Translations under genes and position numbers: made by a program | Assembly (NCBI GenBank): GCA_036172245.1 | Contig: JAYWIR010000001.1 | Coordinates: forward strand, 7,874,001-7,938,000 | DNA: 64,000 nucleotides | From: Raillietiella orientalis | Taxonomy: Eukaryota | Direction: 5' to 3' | Part shown: positions 54,231 to 64,000 of the stretch, one piece after another | How the letters are laid out: every line of letters begins with the position of its first letter | Position numbering within the stretch: position 1 is the first letter of the stretch | Notes under the pieces: generated by a model | What the model saw: the letters and a program-made list of their open reading frames with translations, nothing else | Databases searched by the model: none | Told to the model about the DNA's origin: nothing

Positions 54231-56399
54231 CCTTGTTGGCATGCTGCTGTCAAGAAGCTCCCTCAGGCATCATTGCCGCGTGAGAGGTTCAATCCATCCT
54301 CACCTCCCTTGCCCCGATGCACGACTATTTCCTGGAGGCAGAAATTGTTACAGAAGCAGTACAGCAACCGCCGCCGTAACTCCGGGCCCGTCTCCTTGCT
54401 ATTCGCCCGCGTGCCCAGTTTCCTGCAACCAAATGCTACCGTTCGCGTGGCGATTCTGCTGGAGGTCCAGCTCTTCTCCCTGGTCGGTGAAACGTGATGA
54501 GAAGTCCGCAGTGGACCACGTTGGACAGTATGCCGAGCATATCAAGAAAGTGGATGCGATTTTTTCGCAAGGATGAGCTCGAAGGCAGAACGAACTCGAG
54601 TGCAAACGCTGGGAATGCTTTCGGTACACTTTTGATGAGACCGATCAGGTGTGAGAAAATCTCAAAGTGGAGGAAACTGTATTCCATTTTCTCCAGGTGT
54701 TGACCGTATGCGCCTTGAGCCGCGTCAGAAAAGATGCAGGAGAGCTATCCTGCTCCGGCGCTGCAAGACGGCCATGGATCGTCGGCAATCCCAGAAACAG
54801 GGTCGGGCAAACCGCTTTCGCTTTTTTCGCAGAGCCCCCCTTTTCTGCAACGGAGGAGGGATCTGAATGCCGACTGTGCCCTCGCCTGTCTCAGACTGCT
54901 TGGCAACGAATAACGTCGTGCAGAGTGGAGACAGCAGCCACCTCGAGAGCTCGTTTCTCCGGGAACGCCTGCCGTGCACAATCTTCCCTCCGGTCTTCCT
55001 CGGCCTTCAGCGAACCTTTCTGCGCGCAAGCCTGCCCCCAACTGCGTGCGCAGGGGTGCAACAACGCGCGTGTCGTGACAAGAAACGAACATTTGTTCCC
55101 GAATGGCAATCCCGGAGATGGAGGCCGGCAGGCTTTGCAGAAGGAACGCGGAAGAGCTACCAACCTTGGCCCGGTCATTGCGGAAGCCGATCGGACGCCT
55201 CCAGCAGGCCGCAATTTCATTTTCGGCACGCTACGCTCACCAACAACATGACATTTGCAGAACAGAAGGAGATTCCCATCATATATGAATGCGACGACAG
55301 GAAATCGTCCTTGCAGAACATTCCGAAAGGAGGAATACGCTTCGTTTTACCAAACGAAAAGATAGGATGGATTCCTGGCTTCTTGCGAAACGACACATCT
55401 GCACAACGTCTCTGCCGTTGGCCGTTTCATCTCCTCCCTTCGTTCAAGCAAGCCTTCGCTAGGCGCACGTTCTCCGCACCAGAAATGCTGCCGCTTCACC
55501 CTTCCCAGCTGCCACCTTTGCAGCACTTCTTCATCGTGCATCCTTCCTTTTGGGTCACGCACATACATGAGTTTCACCCATCCATCACAAGATGATGCAT
55601 CTCTGCTGATCTTCGACAAACCTCTACCGTGAAGCCCGTATCGCTGGAGCCTCGTTTCCACCGAGATGGGCAAGAAGGAAGGCAGCGCAGTTGCATAGCG
55701 AAGAAGCGCACGTGCGAAATGCGCCAGTTCAGTTCCCATCCATTTTCTCCTTCACGTCAACACGGTCAAATGGAATTCCTGATGCATTTTACGCCGCCGT
55801 ATGCACCGTCACCACTGACAAACCTTTCCATCCAAATGAAGCAAACAAGCGACACGAGAAAGTCCATTTTCTCCGCTTCCACCGACCTCGCTTGCCCCCG
55901 CACCGCTTCGCATGTTGGCCACAGTGAACGCTAGAATGCTCGTCTCATGCCCGCTCTGACCAGCAAGCTTCCCATGAGGCAGTCGAACGCTGTCAGTGCG
56001 TCCCTGCCGAATCCAACTATTTTTCATTAGGTTCGTGCGGTGCTTGCCCGTCGACACGTTGGCTGCCTTCGCACCGTCGCCACGCTCGAGCTCGCACGTG
56101 GCGCTCGTTTCTCGCCGACGCTACCGACAAAAAAATCCAACTAACAGGTTCCGGTCAGGTTCGGTACCCGTCAGTATGCAAGGTTTGCTTCCTCCAGTTT
56201 CTCCTGCTCCTGGAAACCTTGCTCTTCTCTTTGCATCCTGGTATCCGTCATCGGCGGCAAGCTCCCATGTTCAGCGCATCCAGTTTCTGCAAGCATCCTC
56301 TTGCTGCTTTTACCCGTGTGCGCCGGCGCGTTTCTTGCGAACTTTCCGGGAACACAGCACCCAGAGAGAGGGAAAAGAAGGACGTTGGTCAGTTTTTCC

Positions 56400-58089
56400 C
56401 AAATTCCACAGGGGGTGGGGTAATTTATTGCACATTCATACTACATTCACATTCACGCAATCGAATCTTTTTTTTCGCACTTTTAAGTTCATTCCACTAT
56501 CACTTGGGGAGTCACTCGGTGAAATCTACGTTGGATTTGCACTTGGGATACGTATGGGTTTAAGCTTGGGTAATACTTACTATCCTGCGAAGGATGTGTT
56601 TGTACGTCTAGGCTTGCACTTTCCCGCAGTTCCTGATCTTAATTTCATTCTGGACTAGTCCTCGGAGGATGTCCATGGGATGTGCTGCCGTTCGGGTTTT
56701 CGCCATCTTCCACCATCGGATTAGGATGGCTTTGATGAACAAAGCAATGGTTATCCTAGCCATCGGGTTGTACAGGGGTACATTGGCGTTCCTCTGAAAC
56801 ATCCGCGCTAGGACTTCCGTGGTGGTGACGTCGGGTAGTCCTATGACCCTTTTCAGGGTCTCCCAGTCCCGATGGATTGTGGAATAGGTTAGGACGTGGA
56901 GTCTTGTTTTCCAATCGCCACATGCCTTGCATTTGCCGTCTCCCACGTTTCCCGTGAAGTGGTAGATCCTGAAACCACTCAGGATTCCTTGCTGATAAAA
57001 CAGGAGGTCGTCCTGAGCGTTCGGCGGTAGGTCACTCCTCCATAGTGTTGTGCCAATCGCCAACAGATTGATCCTAAGACTTCCGTAGCGATCGGCAGCT
57101 TCATAGAGGTCACTGATGTCCTGGTTCTCGTACTTAATCATCCTGCGGAGGTTTTTCCTATCCACCCTGGACCACGCGAAGTTGTTGTGGTTTTTCCACA
57201 CCTCGCGGATCCTGTGGGTGAATTTTCCCAGCACCATCTCGATATACCGAAGTATACGAGAATAGTGAAGGTTTCCCCCCTCTTCTCCATTCCTGGATTT
57301 TCTTCAGGGTAACTGGGCCGCTGGCGGATCCAGCTTCTTGTGTCAGGAGGCACGCGAAGCATTCTAGGGATCACCAGGATGAATTCCTCCTGCCAGAGTT
57401 CCCTGCTTTGTGACACAGTCTTCAGTTGGTGCATTTGTACCAACTGCTGTTTCCTCTTCCAGGTGGCATCGATCGTGTTCCAATCTGCTGCTCAGCCTAG
57501 CAGCACAGTCATTGGGCCCTTCGAGTTGTTCAATAACAACGAATAGGCCCTGTGCGCCGCATACGGCCAGTCATCCCAATAAGCGGCGATCTCCAGGATC
57601 TGTCGTGTATCCATGATATCCACGGAATGTGCAAGAGACTTCATCCCGGTCCCACCTTCTTCTTTGGGACGACACAAGGGTTTGAGTCTTACTCTTGGTC
57701 TGTAAGTAACCCATAGTACTTTTTGTTGCAACTTTTCCACTTCTTTGCGGGTCTTCCTGTACATTCTGCTAAAGGCCGCCCCGAAGAGGATCTTCGGAAG
57801 GATAACTCCATTCCACAGGTTGGCCCTCCGCTTCATGTTGAAGTCCGTCCGCGTGTACTTCGTCGCTTCTGCTACTGCCTTTCCCAGGATTTCGGTCCAT
57901 AGCAGCTTCGACGCGAATCGTCGCCGATGTGGATTTCAAGGTACTTGGCGCTGTCCACTGTTCGGAATCCTTCCTCCCTTAGTGGGGAGAGATCCAGGAT
58001 TACGACGGGCAAAAGTTGACTCTTCTGGGCATTGATTTTTAGCCTAAGTCCTTTTTCCAAAATCTCCACCACATCCAGGAACGCATACT
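56400..58089 (-). mobile_element. L1/Tx1-like non-LTR retrotransposon, 5'-truncated ORF2 (end of RT to C-terminus), family A
   Basis: GLRLKINAQKS, KYLEI (KYLGI), LCRPKEEGGTG and CKACGDWKTRLHVL (CCHC remnant); frameshifts and stops. Confidence 0.88.
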
Positions 58090-59303
58090 GAGCGTCCCAG
58101 ATACGCAGAGGCAGATCCGCGGGAGAATGCCTGCAGTGCCCCCTCCCTCACACCCCCTGTAACCTGGTTCTTCACTCCAAAAGGAAGCCCTGAACTTTGT
58201 CTCTCCGAAATGAGAGACAAAAGGTGGCTACACCGTGAATAACTGAGGCGTCCTCCCCGTGAAGAACCTTGTCAAGTTTCTGACAGCTTGTTTGGAAATC
58301 TTGTTCTTGACCGAACGTCAGCGGGAGAAACATTGCCGAACGCCTCTATCTGTGCAGCGGAGTCTGCTGAAAACCGAAATTTCATCCATTTCCTCGAACA
58401 AATTCCCAATTTCAGAACCCAGGAATATAATCCTCATGGACCGAAAGTTTTCGATGAGAAAAAAAATGGAGGACATGATTTACGTGGGCGAGCTACAGAG
58501 AAGCGGGTTTACAAACCGTTGCCCGGGTTCCTGGGAACACGGAAGCTCTTTCTTTCACGGAAGGCGGGTTGAGATCTCCATGGATTTCGTCCTTTGTTAA
58601 GCAAACGTGTCCGTGCATCGAGTGCCAGCAGGAAATTCTGCTTCGTACCAAGATGAGCGGTTCTCAGCATGCTCTGGTTGTGGAAGGCGAGAGCGATTGC
58701 TTGAGTGCAGCCCTTTGCACTGCCGAGGCGGAGGAGTGGACCGCAGTAGGGGAGTTGCTGCGTGGCCGCGACAACGTATACGTTGAGGCGCGGCAGCGGG
58801 AAGCGTGGGAAACGTTCTCCTCGGCGTCTTCTTGGTCGTGGTCGGCAAGCAGCGCCGACGACCACGCAGGAACGGTCGTTAGCCACGGCGGGACAGCCAC
58901 GGAGGGACCATCAGCGCCATGCGCGCACGGGAGCCCGCGCCAAGCCAGGATGTGAGGAACCGCCTGGAAGAGTGGGCCGTCATCGGGGACAGGAGCTGCG
59001 CGACGGAGGACGGCAGAAGAGTTAGCGCAGCCGACCGGAGATGCGGAACGGCGTCGTTCTGGTGCACCGAATGAACCTTTTTGTCAAGGGAATGTGTCGA
59101 AACGGACGGTGGCAGCGGTAGCCCGTATGTTCGGAGCGGAACGGAGGCAGCGTCAGAGCATGGGATCCGTAGACCAGCGACGTGAGCGACGTCCCGTTGC
59201 TGGATTCTTACCGTGGTGAAGGCGATGCACCGGGAGACGACTTCACCGCCGACTGGACGTATTTCACGTCCGGCATGGCTGAAGCGAAGTGAGACGTGGC
59301 GTG
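58090..59303 (+). pseudogene. ~1.2-kb segmental duplication, copy 2: truncated, inactivated copy of the orphan ORF
   Basis: Direct repeat of 37828-39043. Three Trp codons became stops (~59072, ~59170, ~59290) and there is a 1-bp deletion near 59123. Confidence 0.85.
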
Positions 59304-60150
59304 GGACTTATCGACCCTAGAGTCGGCACTCGAAGATTTCTCGGATCTGCTTCGCCTCGGGACGGGTCCCGAGGTGAACAGAGAGAAATCCACAATTGTT
59401 GCAACAGCATTGCTGCTTCCTAACAATACGGCGTTGGCCGCACAGCCGGAATGGATCCGCTTGGGGATCCCCACGGGAGAGCACATCACGTACCTTGGCT
59501 TTCCGTTGGTGGAATTCTGTGTGGAAAAAGTTTGGTTCGACGGGCTCCAAAAGGTGGAATTGGAAATCGGCTCGTTCTGGAACAGCAGGTTCTACTTGCC
59601 GGAACGGGCCGTGGTGTGGAACGCGTTTGCGGCCCCCTCCATCTGGTTATTTTTGTTTTCCTTGCCTCACCCGTGATAACAGAACGGATCGAGGACTCCC
59701 TGAGGGAAGCCCTGTGGGGCACAGCGAGGTCTCATATCTGTTTGAAAGACTTGTGTGGTCCACGCAAAGACGGTGGATTGGGCCTCCTAACGTTGGAGCG
59801 CATGGAGTGACAGCTCCAATTTCAGATACTGGCCATTGTGACGAAATTCTGGTGAACGTCTTGGTGCGAACCCGCACGACATCACTGAGCAGAGCGACCG
59901 TCTACGAAGCATTGTCTTCGAACCTCGTAGCATACGAACGCAGTATGAGCTATGGTGGCCATCAGCTGCGTCAGACGGCTGCTCTGATGAAGCAGAATAC
60001 CTGAATCTCCTGCCTTCCTGCGTACTGCTCTGCCTGGCTTCAGGAGTCAGTTTCCGCATGAGCTGAGATCAACGGCTCGATCGAGGAGTACAACTGCCTA
60101 CGGCGTGGAAAAAACGCTGATCAGCCCCTGCCGGAAATCATATACAACCC
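59304..60150 (+). mobile_element. L1/Tx1-like RT fragment (end of RT, thumb, GGLG region)
   Basis: GPEVNREKS, ITYLGFPL, ERAVVWNAFAAP and LCGPRKDGGLGL. Confidence 0.85.
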
Positions 60151-60299
60151 ACGGAAGTTGCTGTGAGCTTCCTTTACCCCCTTTTCCCGTGCTGCTCTCT
60201 CAAGGACATTAGGCACAGCAACGAGCGAGCATTTTGAGAAGTGTCTTGCTTCATCCGAGGCAGGAGAAAACCGTGAAAAGCGTGGACGACTCGAGAGCT

Positions 60300-61320
60300 A
60301 GAGGACGCTGCGACCCCGAGCATCCTGTATAAAGGACTTCTGCGGTAGGATGAGTTGCTCGGCATACTTTCGGAGGAGGTGAAGCAGCCCCCAGCGTTAG
60401 CGGTACTAGGTCCCGCGACAGTCAATACAACAGGGTCTGCCGGGTCGCCGGCGCGCAGACTAGCGCGACTCTCCTCGGCAGCGGAGGGGAATGAGGGAGA
60501 ACAGAATTAAAAATAAGATGAAAACAAAAAAAGAAACTTCGAGGCATGGAAAGGGTTCGCATTCCTCTGGAAGAAGGGTCCATCCTTTGCAGGATGCCGT
60601 CGAGGTCCCTCTGCATACTTCCCAGATGGGGCCATCCAATCACAGTTCGCAGGTGGCGAGCCGCGTTTACGATGGCGTCACTTTCGCTGCTTTTTCTCTT
60701 GACTGCGCTCCACGTAGCCACAATCCCGCGGAGGCAGCTGAGCGCTGCAAGGGCTGACGCTGGCTGAGGGCGTTCCGCACGAAGAGGGGCACAACGTCTC
60801 TGGGAGGGCTGCCGACCGTGATTCGGAGGGCTGTCGCAAACCGTTCCTACAAGGACCAGAGGGCAGCGTAGTCCACTAACAGGTAGGGGAGGGATTCCTT
60901 CTCTCCGCACACTGCACAGTTCTGTCTCACCTTCCCCAACGTCCACTGATGGCGGCGCGCGTTGTAGGGGAGACCCCAGTGCAGCAGCAGAAGCGCCGAA
61001 TCCTGCCACTTGAGGGGGAGGGTGAATAAGTCTTTAAACACCGGGAACCACCCGAGGTCATCCGTCGGGATGCCAAGCAGCTCGCCAAATCTTTGCAATC
61101 CTCGCGGAAGGACTCTCGGATTCGTAGCGTCGGCCAGCTCCCTTATGATCCAAACGCTTAAATTCTTCTCTCTGCCTGCAATACGGCAGGAAACTTGCCA
61201 TTACAGAGTCCCGCTGCTGACAAGAGCCTTCCTTGGGAAGGGCAGCGCCGTAGCTAGGGAGTCGTCCCTGGCCACGTGCTCCTCGCGGGACACTCCAGTA
61301 TGTTCCGCAAAGTGCAGCGG
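60300..61320 (-). mobile_element. L1/Tx1-like 3' fragment, family B copy 3, with 3' UTR
   Basis: CAVCGEKESLPYLLVDY (decayed CCHC knuckle) and LPLKWQDSALLLLHWGL; T-rich tail. Confidence 0.75.
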
Positions 61321-61324
61321 AAGA

Positions 61325-63900
61325 TACTAAAGTAAGTCATTGATCGGCACTTCGACCAAAGCGTTCTTGGATTTCCACTTGGTTTGTCAAGGGAGTGAAG
61401 TGTAGAGTCATTCAAGTAATCAATTGCTAATTGCAGGTCTACTTGTGAACGAGACTTCCTTTTGACTGCGTGCATTGGGGAATCCAGAGAAAGTGAGGAA
61501 ATATTTCGGTCGGGACAGGTGAGCATTTTGAATACCGAGTCGATCAGCTTAATTTTGGCTTCTTCCGAAACAACTATTACTCCCAAGCAGCCATCTTTGA
61601 GTCAACCATATAGGTACTCCGTCGAGGAGGCTTGCGTAAGACGAAGTTTGTTCTGCTTAGGGGTGTTCCTGATTGATTCCTCCTATTTGACCCATTCACG
61701 CAGAGGTTTTGTGCCCATTCGCAGGTCATGAGTGAAGGATGATAAGAAAAAGAATTTAATGGCTCCGAGTTTTTGCCAGGGTGCGAGTTGGAAGGAAGCA
61801 ATTAATCTGAATTTATCAAGGAATTCGGGGATATCGCAGCCTAGAATGTAGGGAAAATCCAACGGGTTTGCCAATGTATTTGTAGGTCTCAGGAGTTTGG
61901 AGGGCAGGAATGTTTTCACCATGTACAGAGATAGGCGTGGGCAAAACCTGGGAAGGAGAGGCGATGTAATTAAAGGATGTGCATCTTTTGGGATTCACTT
62001 GGAAACCGAGTTGGGTGGCCAAATCACAGATGTGAGTAACTGCAAGTTGAAGTTTTTCAAAGCAGTTGCATATAAGAGCAATATCGTCCGCATACGCAAT
62101 TGGAGATGAGTGAAGCAGCTCTTGACTAATATAAGAGGCTCGATAGGGATATTGAAAAAGAACCCACTGAGGGGGAATCCCAGTCTGACACCAGCATCAA
62201 TCGCGACTGGGTCACTAAGGCCATTCATTCCACGGATAGCGGTGAAGGAATTCGAATATAGGTCCTTAATGATGTCTATAAAGTCACACCCTAAGCCGAA
62301 CTATTGCGGTGTTCTAAGGATTAGTTGATGAGTAATACAGGAAAAGGCATCCTTGAAGTCTAGCCAGCATATACATATGCTCTTGTTGTGAACCCTGGTT
62401 TTCTTCAGAAGGTGGCCAGTAGAAAGTTCTGCTCTAGCACACCATCAAGGGGAGAAACCCTTCTTGGTGTGCGCCAAGGGCAGAATTTTCTAGAATCCAG
62501 GAGCGAAGTCGGCTTGTGAGTAATTTAAAATAAAGTTTTGCAAGGGTGCAGCTGATTGCAATAGGGCGGAATTGGGAGATATCGTCAGGAGAGGAAGACC
62601 CGGTCTTTGGGATGAGCACGAATTCTTCCGAAGACATCCTTGATAAGTTCAAGTCACTGGGCGGAGAAGGGAGGGGAAGAGTGTTAAGTAGCGACAGATT
62701 GCAGTCTTTCGAATTGGGTCGAATAATTGAGCGAATCGCTAGCTTCTTGGTACGGCGGTATGAAGTCTGTAAATGACAGGCGCAAGGCGTAGAGCAGGAC
62801 CAAACTTGTGGCTTGGAAGTGTAAGATTGGATGCGAAAATGGGACTAAAAGGTTTTCATAATACCATTTATGTTTCCTACAGTGATTTGCCAGAATTCGT
62901 TGGAGGGAGACTGCAGGTTGCACCGTGTTAGTCCGCTAATGCAGGGATCCAAGAGCCAGGGGGAGTGAGCTTGATATAGTGATCTGCGCCGGGAACGCTT
63001 TCAGATCACGTTTGCATTTCAGCGGTGGAAAAGGCTGGTAGAAAAGGATCGAACCGAGGGAACTCATATTGATGAAATTGAGAAGAATGTTGCAGAGGAT
63101 GAGGATGGATGTTCGCAAGTTCTGGAGACTTTCCTCTTGCATAAGTGGTAAGAACCTGTTGGAGGTAACTATGATAAAAGAGAGTCCTTGTAATTAATCT
63201 CCTTATATGGCTTGACACCCGAATACGCGCTCATGCATTCTAGGGTGGTTACTTAAGTCACTTGTAGTAGTGAAGGATTCTGAGCAGTTTTCATATGTGC
63301 AGTGGTAGCTAGAGGGGATGGAGATTGGAGTGTAAAGGGGCTCCAAAGAAGTTTTACGAAGACAAGGATGATATTTAGTTGGGAGGGGGATTTCTTGAGA
63401 GCATCTGCGACAAATTGATTTATGGCCGTAAAAAGGGAACTCGTGCTGTGACGACTTCTCAGGGATGCCAAACTTCTTCTGGACTCAAGGGTGAAGGTTT
63501 TCCATCCACAGTTCCGGATAATGCAGTTCAAAGTATTCGGAACTGGGTAGCAGACCAACAGAAGGTTGTCTAAAATGAGAGCAATGTCATCATTGCGTAA
63601 TGGAGGGATATCCAAATTGACGAGAGGAGGCGTGGAACTGCGGATAGGTAGTGACTCTTCATGGTACGTAACTGAGGAGGCTGCCATTACTTTTCAAAAC
63701 CGAGGCGGAATAGAGCTTGAAGACTCTGGAACTTTGCTGAAGCGACCAGCACTTGGTTTTTTATCCAAAAAGATGACTTGAACAGACTGAGCTTCAGGAC
63801 GAGTGGGAGGAGGAAGGATTTGCGGACAGGTAGGAGGACGCTTCTGTCTCCGATAAGTTTAGCAGGGAACGGACGCACGTTTTCTTATCGAGCTTGTGCA
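61325..63900 (-). mobile_element. Degenerate NeSL/Utopia-like (restriction-endonuclease clade) non-LTR retrotransposon; 3' end missing
   Basis: RT motifs VLIPK..FRPIAISCTLAKLY, HQEGF, WLDFKDAF, GVRLGFPLSGFFFNI, YAD, GFQVNPKRC and YKYIG. Clade-typical LAPWQKL, EYLYG, FKMLTCPD and LWSKCR, plus an N-terminal YPVPNTLNC..C motif. Many frameshifts. Confidence 0.85.
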
Positions 63901-64000
63901 TCTTAATGAGGGAAGATGGGGCAGTGGATATGGACGGACAGAAAATTGACTGCGTAGATGTATTAGCAGAAGAGTAATGCTTCATCGAATGGCTAAGCAG

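Noticed and set aside
56560-56580. Partial match to nematode SL1 leader (ATTACCCAAG) on the minus strand
   Set aside because: Ten-base match inside a LINE 3' UTR, without a following donor or Sm site; likely chance.

Overview
Eukaryotic (animal) genomic DNA with spliceosomal genes and many very short introns (40-57 nt); the taxon cannot be fixed from sequence alone. By eye there are three compositional domains. (1) 1 to ~8.1 kb is very GC/CpG-rich and holds the 5' exons of a Mesp/sage-family bHLH gene. (2) ~8.7-37.4 kb is AT-rich and gene-dense: last bHLH exon, INTS10, a candidate divergent TGF-beta-like ligand, ARL13B, ISCU, PSMC1, PIGF and VPS26C. (3) ~37.4-64 kb is moderately GC-rich and full of degenerate non-LTR retrotransposon fragments (several L1/Tx1-like families, one NeSL/Utopia-like), with an N-terminal-only CAP paralogue and a duplicated orphan ORF. 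All gene models were assembled by hand from GT-AG sites, with exon phases checked. Protein identities rest on recalled family motifs, not database searches. Best leads: a VPS26C-PIGF stop/start-overlap (dicistronic or operon-like) unit; a TGF-beta-like domain with a broken cystine knot; the CAP N-only paralogue; and a bHLH gene that straddles a sharp GC boundary with a self-complementary 99-bp direct repeat flanking its DNA-binding exon.
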